Shown one piece after another: positions 1 through 13,190 of a stretch of DNA of 64,000 nucleotides. Every line of letters begins with the position of its first letter. Position 1 is the stretch's first letter. Source of the stretch: Takakia lepidozioides (Eukaryota; Plantae; Bryophyta); NCBI GenBank assembly GCA_030704615.1, contig CM060733.1, forward strand, positions 9,176,001-9,240,000, read 5' to 3'. The position numbers were made by a program, and so were the translations under genes. Below the pieces are notes generated by a model. The model was given only the letters and a program-made list of their open reading frames with translations. It did no database searches and had not been told where the DNA came from.

Positions 1-2
1 CT

Positions 3-1548
3 ATGATAGGAGGAAAATTGTACAAGCTGGGACCAGATGGAGTCCTAAAGACATGCTTGTACCATTATGAAATTAATAAAGTCTTGGAAGAAATTCATAA
101 GGGGATAGCTGGAGGACATTATGGAGAAGAGACTACCAGCAGGAAAATACTACTTGCAGGATACTGGTGGCCTACCTTATTCAAAGATGTACATAATTAT
201 TGTAAGAGCTGTGATGAGTGTCAAAGGCTAGGACCTTTGCAGAGATATGGAAAGATGGCACTGCATCCTACTTGTAATGCCTACTGAACCATTCCAGAAA
301 TGGGGAGTAGACTTTGTTGGGCCAATCAATCCACCAGCCAGGAACACCCAGAACAAGTATATAATCATAGCCACAGATTATACTACTAAGTGGGTAGAAG
401 CCAAGGCACTGCGAGATAACACAGCGAAATCTACAGCTAGATTTCTTTATGAGAACATAATCATGAGATTTGGCTGTCCCTTAGAATTTATCAGTGACCA
501 AGGGAGTCATTTTATCAATGAGACCATTGAATTGTTGACTAAGGAGTTCATGATTGTGCACAGGAAGAGCACAACCTATTACCCACAGGGCAATGGGCAA
601 GCAGAGGCCACCAACAAGATACTATGCACTATCCTTGCTAAGATAGTCAATGCCAACAGAACTGATTGGGATACAAAGCTGTTAATAGCTTTGTGGTCTT
701 ACAGGACTTCATACAAGGTCACTACCAAGTATACACCATTCCAATTAGTCTATGGCATTGAAGCTCTACTTCCAGTAGAATTCTTATTACCTACCATGAG
801 AACTGAATGGGGAAGGAGAATGGAATTGGAGGATTCAATTAAAGTAAGGAAACATGAACTATATCATGTGGAAGAAGTACGTGCTGATGCAGCAGATAAC
901 ATGGCCAGAATTCAGATGAAAAGAAAGGATCGGTTTGATGAAGACAAACTAAAAACTTTTAAGATAGGAGATTTGGTACTGTGGTTGCAGAAGAAGGGAA
1001 AGATTAAAGCTTCTAAGCTTAAATCACCATGGAAGGGACCTTATGTCATACCGAAGATGTATGATAACAACACAACTATGTTACAAACAATTAACAAAGA
1101 AATGCTTGGTAGAGTCAATGCCAACAAATTGAAGGGATACAGTGGTATCAATGATAGACCATTACAGCATGATTTGCATGTTGAACCACAGGCGCAGTCA
1201 AAGACTACACCAGTAGCACCAGCAGAGCATGAAGTACTTGTCATATCGCCAAATGTGTATGGCCATGGCAGAATACACAGAGGTTCGCACAGTGTCACAG
1301 CCCGTCACAGCCCATCACAGGCAACACAGCCCACACAGGTTGCACAGTCCATAGGAGCAGTGACAGGTGGACACGAGTTAACAACAGTAAAGTGGCCGGT
1401 AAGTAAAAAGACAGTTTGGGAGTTAAATTCAGAGAATGTGCCACGGGGTCAGAAGAAGACGGGAGAGTGTTTGAATTCAAACACATGGCATATAGAGCGC
1501 ATCACTCCGCATTGCTTGTATTGTGTTAGAGGACTGTCTGGGACTTAG
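3..1548 (+). mobile_element. Ty3/Gypsy integrase region, element 1 (5' part lies outside the window; one frameshift)
   Basis: ORFs 3-287 and 247-1548: HHCC zinc-binding region (IHKGIAGGH...CDEC), rve core WGVDFVGP...ISDQGSHF...GQAEATN, then WKGPY. Closely similar to the integrase at 7960-9200. Confidence 0.95.
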
Positions 1549-1631
1549 ACACTTATACGGGATCTGTAAGGTACCCTTAATTTTTGCACAGACTGAGACC
1601 AACAGGAGCCTTAGGGGTGATAGCAGCGCAC

Positions 1632-2458
1632 TGTAGAAGGGGGTTACACAGCCGGTCACAGTCGTCACAGCCGACACAGCCAGACACAGTCAGCACAGCT
1701 CGTCACAGCCGACACAGCCACACAGCCAGTCACAGCCCGACACAGCCAAACACAGTCGCACGGCCAGTCACAGCCCGACACAGCCATCACAGCCAACACA
1801 GCCCGTCACAGCCGACACAGCCACACAGCCAGTCACAGCCCGACACAGCCAAACACAGTCGCACAGCTTGTCACAGCCCGTCACAGTTTCACACAGCCAG
1901 TCACAGCTTGACACAGCTGTCACGATCATAGGGAACGGAGAGCAGGACAGGGAACGACTGTGGGGAACAACACCTGCAAATGGAACATGTTAGTTCACGG
2001 ACGACGGTTAGTAAGGGAAACGGTTAGAGCCACGGGTAGGAAGATAAAGGGAGAAGCAAGGACTGGGAGAGGGGGATTCTTGGAAGCACGTCAGGGGAAG
2101 GACTTCTAGGTGAGGGAAGAGAGGGGATCGGGCGGAGAGCAAGAACAGAAGCAAGCATGGAGAGCACGGTGAAGGAGGAGAGATGATTAGCAGATGCTTG
2201 TTATATGCAAAGCTGTAGTGATATTGTAAAGCAGATTAGAGACACAATGGCTTCGGCCTGATACCTGATAAATCATAATCTGATACTTATACGATACAAT
2301 CACATTGTGTAGAGAGATCTGAGTGAAGCTGTGGAATGAATGGATGAGTTGATGGAAACCGATAGATTGAGGAAGCAAACTGATACTTAATTATCAATGG
2401 TAAGGTAGCTAAGATGAATGCGGAAAGGGAAACAAATAGGAAACACCCCCATGATACA
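1632..2458 (+). repeat. Probable LTR (5' LTR of element 2, possibly shared with element 1)
   Basis: Starts TGTAGAAGGGGGT and ends ACCCCCATGATACA (TG...CA with an imperfect terminal inverted repeat). Lies between an integrase end and a gag-pol start. No second copy in the window. Confidence 0.6.
1646..1925 (+). repeat. CACAGCC/GTCACAG low-complexity tandem array
   Basis: Dozens of CACAGC(C) units with a higher-order duplication. The same motif occurs at 1290-1345 and 9310-9650. Confidence 0.9.
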
Positions 2459-2471
2459 CTAGCTGTAGGTC

Positions 2472-3167
2472 ATGACTGATTGTTCTGCGCGGGCTGAGTA
2501 CTTAGAGATTTCCAACTCTTCTATCTTGGAGTTTCCGCCTCGGATAGCGAAGGGATGGGTGAGTAAAAGCCGCGCGACATTTGGCGACCATACTGGGGAA
2601 CTGAGTCATGAACAACCAGATGTGACAGGCATCTGGTGGGATCATGGTGGTTGGACCATTAAAGAATTTGAAGTGAATCAAATTCCCTGTGGAACGAAGG
2701 AAGAAAGATTGTCCAAACAATTATTTCAAAGGTTCTTGGAATTGCCAGACGGTTGTAAAGAAAATATTCTTAAGCGAGTGCATGATGCTGATCCGGAATG
2801 GGGTCTGGAGAAAGGAGTGATAAAGATTTATCAGGTAGCCTGTAGAGGAAGAGCACGTTGGTTACCAACGTTGGTTTATGTGATAGCATTGCTATCCATT
2901 AAGCGAATAGAGTTTGAAGGCTGGGAAGAAAGAAAGGTGAATGTTTATACTCATATGCATGAAGAGCTTGTACTGGTAAAGAATTGGATTCCAAAGGATA
3001 TTTTGTGGATCAAACTCACACCAAGAACAGCTTTCCAGACTTGTTTGCCATATGGTTATATGGTAACGGAGACTTCAAGTATAGCCAAGGGTGCATTGAA
3101 GCTTGAAAGAAACCCAGGCATATACGAGAGATATTACAGAAGAGAGTTTTGGTTATTGCCACATTAA
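2472..3167 (+). CDS. Intact 231-aa extra ORF upstream of gag, unknown function
   Basis: Uninterrupted ORF starting 13 nt after the putative LTR end. No motif recognised. Confidence 0.5.
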   Translation: MTDCSARAEYLEISNSSILEFPPRIAKGWVSKSRATFGDHTGELSHEQPDVTGIWWDHGGWTIKEFEVNQIPCGTKEERLSKQLFQRFLELPDGCKENILKRVHDADPEWGLEKGVIKIYQVACRGRARWLPTLVYVIALLSIKRIEFEGWEERKVNVYTHMHEELVLVKNWIPKDILWIKLTPRTAFQTCLPYGYMVTETSSIAKGALKLERNPGIYERYYRREFWLLPH

Positions 3168-3188
3168 AAGAAATGAAAGACATGGGAC

Positions 3189-5640
3189 ATGAGTGATGAA
3201 AGAGAAGCTAGACGCCAGAGATATTCAGTAAAAAGAGAAAGCTATCTGAAAGCTAATTATCCATATCTTTGGGAGAGAAGAATAGACATAGGGGAATCAT
3301 CTGGACCTCTCACACCATTAAGATCAAAGAGTACATCACCCATACCGGAAGAACTAGAGTTGGATGCCACTCCTTCTGTTTCTTTGCAAGAAAGATTAAG
3401 GGAATTGGTACAGGAAGAAGATCAATCACGAGGTGAAAGATCTAAGGTACATCCCTGGATAAAAGATTTGACAGAAATCTTTGATAAGAGTTGGCATGGA
3501 ACACCAAAAGCAGGAACTCCAGTTTCTGAAGCGGAAGGTGAAGAAGGAGAAGAGGATGTGGCAGAGCCAACGGAGAGTTCAGACTCTCCAACACCATTAC
3601 AGTTGAGTTACATGAGTGAAGAAAAAACCCAAGGACAGAACTTGGAGGATGAAAACAGGGAGAAGAAATTGGAAGAGGAAGAATATGAAGAAGTAGACCC
3701 AACAGCTGAGGTTGAGACTACAACCAGGACATCCCAACCCGTTGGACCTGGATCAAGTGGAGCACTTGGATCATAGGCCAACGAAGGTGTCGGCTCAGGG
3801 GGATCAAGCGGGCTGCCTGGATCTGGCTCTGGGGGGACAGAGAGTATGGGAAGTAGTGCAACTGAAGCTGGGAATATTGTGAATATCGTGGGGCCGGAAG
3901 CAGGGAGTGCTCAAGGGCCACCACTTGGTGGAAGATCCACCACAAAAACAACAGGTCCAGAAGGACCAGCACCAGCAAAGGTGCCAGCAACTGTCAGTGG
4001 GCAGAAGGTAGGGCCACAGATGGCGTTACAACCAACACGGGCAAAACCACCCTTTCCAATATATTCAGGAAAAGGGGATCCCGATGTACACATTAGCCAA
4101 TTTGAGCACATGTGTATAGTGAACAATGAGAATGGCGATGATGCCAAGATGAGATTATTTTCTTGTTCACTTATAAAGAAAGCAAGTGAATGGTATGCAA
4201 GATTCCCTGATAATCATTTCCTAACCTGGAATGGCTTGAATACAACATTCCGAAATAGGTTCAGGACAAGTAAAACTGAGGATGAAGTGTATGGAAGTTT
4301 ACAACAGTTAAAGCAAAAGAAGCATGAAACTGTTGAGGAGTATATGGAAAAGATGGAATTGATGATGAAAAAGCTGGCTGCAGTACCAGCACCCGGTTTA
4401 CAGAAGACTTGGTTTGTGAGTGGACTAAGACCAGAGTTGCAAAAGAAAGTGGATATGTTACCTCATAATACAGTGGAGGAGGCATTTGAAACTGCAAACA
4501 GAATTGAGCAATTGGAATGCTCAGGAGAGAGAAAAAGGATGATGAAGACTCTGAGGATGAGTCAGATGAAGAAGAAGAGCAGGAACTAAAAAGAAAGAGT
4601 AAGAGAAAGGAGAAGCTGAAGAGGGATAACTATGAAAAAAAATTGAAATAAATCTTGAAGAAGTATGCCACAGAGGCTGCAACACATTGGAGGAAGGGTG
4701 TTTGGTGTGCAAAGTGCCAGAATGAAGGCCACACCACTACTGAATGCCACATGAAAGAAAAACATTGTACTATCTGTAAAATGGATAACCATTCTACTGA
4801 GAATTGTTACTACAACAGAAGGACAGCTGCAAGAGAACCTAGGCAAGTAGGGTGCATCAGGTGCAGCCCCAGCCAAGAAGAAACAATGATCAGGACCACT
4901 ATGGTAGGTCTGGTGGTTATAACAATGGCATGGAAGGGAGAGGTAATTCAAGAGGAAATTACCAAGGAAATTCCAGAGGCAACTATCAGGGTAATCCAAG
5001 GGGGAATTACCAGCCCGGGAATCAGGATTACAGAAATAATCCAAGAACAGACCAAGGGAGAGGACCCAATGGTGAAGAACTATGTTACTATTGTAATCAG
5101 CCAGGACATCGCAGGGCAGCCTGTTCATTCTGGATAAGACACCAGAATGAGATGAGAGCTCCTGTGAATGAGGGCCCAGTGGTGGCAGCTCACATGGTTA
5201 GGCCATGTGTTGTACCAGAAGTAAGTACAATGATAGTAACAAGAAGTAAAGCCAAACTAATACCTCCAGTAGTAGAGGAAGAGATGATAATGAAGGTGGC
5301 AGTGATATGCCTGAAGATGATGAGGCTTGGAGAGATGAGAAGGAACTGCACAAGGAAGTGGCAGATACCATAAGGGAAATGCAGAAGAGTACTGATATTC
5401 CTGTGGCAGATTCCTCTGATTCTGATGGAGAAGAAGAAGGGAGTGAGGATGAAAGGAAGAAAGAAGATGCAGACATGCAAAGTAATGAAGAGACTTTGGC
5501 TGAAGTAATATGCCAGACCAAAGCAGAATTACCATTGGACAGCTATTGGCTGTGGCACCTTATTGGTAGGCACAGGCTGTATCAAGCAATCAATCGAATT
5601 GCCCAGGAGACAGGAAACACAGACCTGACAGCAAGGTGAC
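3189..5640 (+). pseudogene. Gypsy gag of element 2 (frameshifted)
   Basis: Retrotransposon capsid motifs (YSGKGDPDVHISQF, ASEWY, QKKHETVEEY, FVSGLRPEL) and zinc knuckles CAKCQNEGHTTTEC, CTICKMDNHSTENC and CYYCNQPGHRRAAC. Confidence 0.9.
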
Positions 5641-5689
5641 CAGTTATAATGTGAAGCCGGAAGGGCGAGAAACAGTCATGGACTTTGAT

Positions 5690-8600
5690 GATTCTATGCC
5701 AGTAATCCAATTGAGAATTGGAAGCACAGAACTAACTGATGTACTGATAGATGGAGGTTCTGGAGTAAATATCATGACACCAATTAAGAAAGAAGCTTGG
5801 TCTAAGTAACATGAAACCAGCCCCATTTACAGTACAATGGCAGATCAAAGAAGTGTACAGCCATTGGGATTAATAAGAGGAGTTAAGATACAGATACAAA
5901 GATGATCTTTATGATCACAGTAACTGTGTTGAAGATGGATGAAGTCATGGAGGCTTACTCCTTATTATTGGGACCCGTGGCTGAAACAGGCCAGGGTATT
6001 CCATGACTGGAATTCTCAGTTACTAACCGTGCATAATGGGATACACGAGATACAAATTACCACAAAGAAATCTAGTAGATTACCTGCTACAAGAAGACCT
6101 CGAGGAGTCAGAGAGTATGACTGGAAGGAGGACTGGATGAGGAGCAGGAAGCTACCCTATTTGCTGCACACCCAGAGTGGGAGCAGGTTGCAGAGATGCG
6201 GCTGGAAAGCCTAAGTTGTTTAAGAGGTATCTGCTGTGGTGTAGTGACAACAACACCAACTGAAGAGGAAACCAGCATTTACCCATCACATTTCTATGAA
6301 GAAAGAGAAGGAGAAATGGAAATCCTAGAGGAACCAGCCACTGTGAGCTTACAGGATGAAGTGGTGACTGGTTGGACAATCACAGCTGATGAGCAGGTGA
6401 GGGAAGTGAATGTGGGAACTAAAGAGGAACCGAGGATGGTGAAAGTAGGAGCTGATTTGGAGCCGGAATTCTTTGAAGAAGCTAAAAGCTTGTTCATCAA
6501 ATACAGAGATGTATTTGCTTGGAGCTATGAGGATCTAAAAAGGAATACCACCTGAAGTCTGTCAGCATAAGATTGAACTGGAACCAGGGCAGTACCAATC
6601 AAGCAGGCGAGGTACAGAATGAATCCCAACTACGCACAGAAGGTTGGAGAAGAGATTAAGAAGTTGGCTGAGGCTAAGTTTATATACCCAATAGAGTATA
6701 CAACTTGGTTGTCACCCATTGTGATAGTTCCCAAGAAGAATGGTAAACTAAGAGTTTGTGTGAACTACAAGAAGCTGAATGCTTGTACGAAGAAAGATCC
6801 TTTCCCTTTGCCATTCACAGAAGCAGTATTAGACACTGTGGCAGGCCATGAGATGTACTCATTCATGGATGGCTTCAGTGGTTATAATCAAGTGCAAGTG
6901 GCAGAAGAAGACCAAGGAAAAACAGCTTTCATCACAGACTGGGGGGCTTATGCATACAAAGTCATGCCCTTTGGACTTTGTAATGCACCAGCGACCTTTC
7001 AGAGAGTGATAAGTGAATCTTTTCATGAGTATCTGGATGATTCATTCATGCATGTTTCTTGGATGATTTCAGTGTGTACAGCTCTAAGAATGAGCACTTA
7101 CATAAATTGGAGTTTGTCTGGCCAGATGCAGGATGAGAGGTCTGGGCCTGAATCCAGAGAAGTGTACTTTCTGTGTGAACTCAGGGGTGCTTCTGGGACA
7201 CATTGTGTGTAAGAAGGGACTTCTTGTGGATCCCAGGAAGACAGAGTCCATTAAAGCCTCTCCACCACCAGTGAATGTTAAGAGTTTAAGGAGATTCCTT
7301 GGGCAAACCAGTTATTACAGAAGATTTGTCAAAGGTATGCACAATAGCAGCACCATTGAGCAAGCTACTGAAGAAAGATGCAGTGTTTGCCTGGACAGCT
7401 GAATGTCAACAGGCGTTTGAGGAACTTACACTGTCAGTAACAACTACACCTGTGCTGATTAACCTCACTGGCATGTAGTATTTCACGTTCACTGCGATGC
7501 ATCAGGAGAAGCGTTGGGCGGTGTTAGCCCAGAATGTTACAGGAAATAAGATTCACCTGTGTACTATGCTAGCAGGTTGATGAACAGTGCTGAAAGGAAC
7601 TATAGCACAACGGAAAGAGAAGCATTGGCAATGATCTATGCAGTGAAGAAATTCAGGCATTACCTGTTGGGCAAAGAAGTTTATGTTCTATGTGGATCAC
7701 CAGGCTCTGATATACCTGGTAAACAAACCTCTGATAAGCGGAAGAATAGCAAGATGGTTGATAATCTTGCACGAGTTTGAGTTCGAGGTTGTTTACAAGC
7801 CTGGGAGACTGCATCTTGTGGCGGATCACTTGTCACGGTTATCAACAGGAGAACCAGCCACAGAATAGATGATCATTACCAGATGCGAGTCTATTTGCAG
7901 TGGAGGTGCAGGGAGTGCAGATGACTGGTTAGATTGGCAGTGGCCAATCAGATACTACCTTGCTCATGGTCAGTGCCCACCTAGTTATGGTAAGGAGCAG
8001 AGGAAGAGAATCGCTATCAAAGCTTATACCTTATACTATGGTAGGAAGCAGAATGTATAAGCTAGGACGTGATGGAGTACTAAAACGATGCTTGTACCAC
8101 CATGAAGTAAATAAAGTTTTGGAGGAAGTTCATAAAGGAGTGGCTGGAGGTCATTTTGGAGAAGAGACTACCAGTAGGAAGATACTACTCGCAGGTTACT
8201 GGTGGCCTACTTTTGTTCAAAGATGTACACAGAGTATTGTCAGAGTTGTGATGAATGTCAGAGGCTAGGACCTTTGCAGAGATCTGGAAGGATGGCCTTG
8301 CATCCTACAATGCCTACGGAACCATTTCAGAAATGGGGACTAGACTTTGTTGGACCAATTAACCCACCACCAGCCAAGAATACACGGAACATGTACATAA
8401 TTACAACAGCCACTGATTATACTACGAAGTGGGTGGAAGCTAAAGCTTTGAGGGACAACACAGCCAAGTCCACAGCAAGGTTCCTGTATGAGAACATACT
8501 TACACGATTTGGCTGTCCCTTAGAATTTATCAGTGATCAGGGAAGTCACTTCATGAATGAGACCATTGAATTGTTGACTAAAGAGTTCATGATTGTGCAT

Positions 8601-9230
8601 AGAAAGAGTACAACATATTACGCACAGGGTAATGGGCAGGCAGAGGCTACCAACAAAATACTATGTACTATCTTGGCTAAGATAGTCAATGCAAACAGAA
8701 CGGATTGGGATACAAAGCTCTGACAGCTTTGTGGTCATACAGGACTTCATATAAAGTCACCACTAGTATACACCATTCCAATTAGTTTATGGTATGGAAG
8801 CCTTACTTCCAGTGAATTCCTGTTACCTACCATGAGAACGAGTGGGGAAGAGAATGGAATTGCAAGATTCCATTAAGGTCAGGAAACATGATTATACCAT
8901 GTGGAAGAAGTACGTGCTGATGCAGCTGATAATATGACCAGAATTCAGATGAAGAGAAAGGAACATTTTGATGAAGGCAAGTTAAAGACTTTTAAGACGG
9001 GGGATTTTGGTTCTATGGTTGCAGAAGAAGAAAAATTAAAGCTTCTAAGCTTAAATCACCATGGAAATGACTTATGTCATACAAAAGATGTATGATAACA
9101 ACACCGCCATATTACAACCCATTAACAAAGAAATGCTGGAAGAGTCAATGCCAATAAGTTAAAGGGATACAGTGGTATCCTGACAAACCTTGCAGCATGA
9201 TTGCATGTTGAAACGCAAGAGCAGTCACGG
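5690..9230 (+). pseudogene. Gypsy pol of element 2: protease-RT-RNase H-integrase, many frameshifts
   Basis: Protease VLIDGGSGVNI (5741); RT WLSPIVIVPKKNGKLRVC...DGFSGYNQ...MPFGLCNAPATFQ; RNase H YYASRL...NYSTTEREALA; integrase WGLDFVGP...SDQGSHF. The PR-RT-RH-IN order is Gypsy. Confidence 0.95.
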
Positions 9231-9309
9231 GCTGCACAGTGTTACCAACGGAGTATGGAGCACTTGTCGCTAGGCCAAGCATATATGACTAGGGCGGGCG
9301 AAAAGGCGA

Positions 9310-9650
9310 AACACAGCCTATCACAGCCATCAAGGCAAACAACAGCCTATCATAGCCCATCAAGGCGAAACACAGCCTATCACAGACCATCACACGTGAC
9401 ACGCCTATCACACAGCCAATCACAGCCCAGCACGGTGCAACACAGCCTATCACAGTCCATCACAACGTACACAGCCTATTACAACAACATACAGCCCAGC
9501 AGGGCACACACAACCTATCACAACCTACCACCTCCCACCACCCTACCACCACCACCGCGTTCACAGCCTATCACAGCTTACCACAGTGCATCACAGCCTA
9601 TCACAGCGTACCACAGTATGACACAGCCTCTCACAGCTCAACACAGCTTA
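9310..9650 (+). repeat. CACAGCCTAT tandem array downstream of pol
   Basis: Repeated ACAGCCTATC units directly after the integrase. Confidence 0.85.
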
Positions 9651-10361
9651 CTAGGGTTACAACAACGATCCATAGAATCAGTGAGCATGTGGACGCACAA
9701 TAACTTTAGGAAAATGGCTGACGGAAAAAAGACGGAAACCAGTTTAAAAATATACACGTGGAAGTCAGGGCGCAACACACAGCTGAAAGGAAGTGCAAGA
9801 ACAGGTGGTCATAAAGAAAGAGGACAAGAATGGCCGTCAAAATACCTAATCAGCGCGTCAAAATGGATGAAAGGCGGGCCCATTAATGAATACGGAAAAA
9901 GGGGAACGGAACAAACGGCAAGTACAGAAAAGCGAATTCTTGTCACATGTGTGATCCTAGTGGACTATCGAGCAGGGAAAGTCCACTAAAGAAAATGAAA
10001 TCTAAAATCCAGTCACATCGGTTACAGCCAATAAAAGCCAGAAAAGGATCAAGAAATTGGAGGGAAATTAAGCGCAAGAGGCGGTGTCGTTATGAGTAAC
10101 GGGCGTCTCGACGGGACAGACCATCAATGCTATAGCAGGAAACTATGGAGGAACTAACAGACTATACGCTCGCAATATTACTTTCGCAGTGGCATAGACA
10201 CGAAAGAACAAAGCGGAGCTTTTCTCTTGAGCGATGCTTGCAAGCCCCACAGGCTTACAAGAAATTACCCATAGCTTTTTGTGGCAACCATACGTTTTAT
10301 GCTTTGTGCACTACAGGCATTTCTGCAGTTGTTACAGCCAAAATATTTCTGTGGGTCTAAA

Positions 10362-13190
10362 ATGAAGAGAGTGAGAGGAATGGAGGAAATCAGGGTGAAG
10401 AGCACCACAATTCTGCAGAAACAAACGATTGCTACCCCAACCCCACAGGCGATACAGATACTGAAGGAGCTGAGATTGCAAGGATTGCAAGCATAGATTG
10501 GACATTGCACCATAGATAGTACATGTTACAATTCTTGCAAGAACTTTGAGCCACAGGAACAACAACGGTGAAGGAGTTGAATTAGTAATTACTCCCCTAT
10601 ACCTCCAGCAATTGTTTCGATTGCCAGCAGGTCAGGTGCATGTGGAGGAGCACAGGGCAAGACTGCAAATGGGGACTTATTCCAAGAAGGGAGTTTCTTT
10701 AAAACTCAGGGTTATGCTTGTACCAAGGCCGTGTACCCAGGGCTAAAAGGAGGTAGGCCAGGTATTGAACGTTCTGATTTGCTATGAAACAGAACCAACA
10801 GTATTTGAGCAGATCCTTCACGGAGAAAATACTCAAAGCCCTGAAAGGACAAGAGGTAGAATGGGCGGACATAATGTACAACGCACTGGTGGAGGACATG
10901 AAAAGATTACAAGGTACTACCGCAAAGTCTCCTATCATAGTGTTTTGCCCAATCATTGCTCAAATAATTCTTGATTCTGGCATACTTGATGCGCAAGAAA
11001 GAAAGGAATGGGAGTGTTTGAGCCAGAAACCACTGCAATGGAAGAGCAAGGCTCTTCACATAGTGAGGGTGGACTAGCAGGGCAACCCGAGACTAAGAGG
11101 CAGAGACGGGGAAAGACTGTAGTGGCGGATCCACTGGCTTCACCGGATTCCGCATGATAATGTTTCCCAAGCTCATGTGCAGGAAGGGGCACAACATCAC
11201 ACAGAGAACTGCTATTACTGGAAGCAGGACCTTCAGAGAGGGAAGAGGAAGTTACTTCAGCATCACAGCCATCACAGCCAGCTGAAGCTTGTCACAAGGT
11301 TACCACACAAGTTGCCCATGAAGTCTCCAACCAGAAATAATTGATTTGGAAAAAGAAGGGTTAGATATTCCAACTACAGAACAGATAGTGGCAGAAATTG
11401 AGAAGGGGGACCTTCTCTATGAATATTCTGGTCTGGTCAAGGAGACAAAGATTCCAGAGGTGCACACAGTTGCCCAAGGGAAATCCTGAGGTGCATATAA
11501 TACACACACCTGTGTCGGAGGTACCACAGGCAGAAGGTCATGACACTGCAGCACCGGTGATAGATGAAGTGGTTCAGGAAAGAAAATCCGGTGGGACAAT
11601 GGCCTGAATGGTTCGTGAGACATCACAACTGTTGAGGATCAGGAGAACAGCAGCAACTCTCACATGATGACCCTCAACAGGCAATGCTGATGAGTTTCAT
11701 AGGCAGGACACTAATTTTGTTGGGGACTTATGTCAAATCCCAAGTTCCAACTATCCAATTGACAGCCTTGAGAGAGGAACTCAAGAAGGAGTTTGAGGCT
11801 CGACTAGCCACTGAGTGTGCAAACAAGGTCGATGAGGAGGTCACTCTCAAGATGCAGCAAGACTTGGAGATACAGAAGCGGCTTTGCATTGGCCAATGAA
11901 CAATTGATTGAGGCAGGCCTCGCGCAAGACCAGTTGCACGAAGCACATAAGCAACAGCTATACCAAATGCAGGTGCAGCATGAAAGCAAGTTGTAAGAAG
12001 TGAATGCACTACATATACGGAGTTTGCAGACAGTGCATGACAGGATGGCCATACAATGTGCTACATTCACAACTATGCTTGACCAATCTACAAAAGAAAT
12101 AAACAGTCAAGCGGAAAATGCACGAAGGCAAGAAGAAAGAATGTTGAGCAAATGAAACTCATTGTCGATATGAAGAATACAATCTGTCGCAATGATGATA
12201 CTTTCAAGCGATACAGGCAGGTTGAAGCTGATCAAGAGAAGCACATCGTGGAGTTGCAACAAACGCTCATGACCAATAGAAATGAAATTACGGTCACTAA
12301 CAAGGCTTGGAAGGAAGCTAATAATCTACTTGCTGCTTATGCGAATTTGGTTGAACCTCATACGAAGCGCATGGAGGCTTTACAACAGCAGTTAGAAGTG
12401 TACAAGCTAAGAGAGGAGCAAACTCTCAGAGGAACCACAAGCAACTTGGTGGATAACAGCCTTATGCAGGTCTGGTTAGCACAAGGGCCAGTGGAGGGCA
12501 AAGCACCACGAAAGCTCACCCAAAGCGAGATGAATGAGCTCAGACTGCAAGTGCAGAACATTGCCACAATTACTATAGACAATGTCTATAGTAGGATAGC
12601 AGAGTTACAGGAGGATGTAGAACGGACTGCAGACTCAAGTGGAGGACCTCACTTCAAACATCGATAAAAGAGTCTATATCCCTCAGGAACAGCTAATGGC
12701 TTTCTTATTTACAAGCCAGAACTTTGGCTTTTCAGTCTTCACAGGAGGTGCAGGAAATGCCAATGATACAAGAGCCAGTACCCACCAACACCACAACAAG
12801 TCACTGTACCAGTAGCTGAACCTGTTGTTACTAAACCAACACAGCCACCACAGCCTGAGGTATGGGGCAATGCTGCTTTTAACCCACCTAAAACTCCAGC
12901 TGCAAGGAAGTACAGTAGGGCTATGATTATGCCCTTCAACCAAATTCCCATCATGTTGGATTTGGCTTGGAAAGAATTTAGTCCTCCGCAGTCATTCGCA
13001 CATTACTACCAAATCATGCGCATTTGGCTGCCAGTGGCAACTAGGACTAAAGTTCTTCCGAACAATCGACCAATTGAGGATCATCACTTTGCACAGTACT
13101 GGCACGAGGCAGATACATGTTGAAGGAATTAATTGCTTTCCAAGTTGTACATGGATTCATTTATACCAAGACCAAGGAGGTAGCAAGTAT
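10362..13190 (+). pseudogene. Decayed long sense extra ORF 3' of pol (element 2) with a coiled-coil region
   Basis: Chain of same-strand ORF fragments (10281, 10546, 10784, 11684, 12152, 12923, 13074) including KALKGQEVEWADIMYNALVEDMKRL and an E/Q/K-rich heptad stretch. Ends abruptly at the next LTR. Confidence 0.6.

Noticed and set aside
1584-1931. His/Ser/Gln-rich ORFs (also 9201-9989)
   Set aside because: They are open only because the CACAGCC repeats lack stop codons.
3189-13190. Programmed ribosomal frameshifting in element 2
   Set aside because: The frameshifts are numerous and fall inside conserved domains, consistent with decay or sequencing indels.
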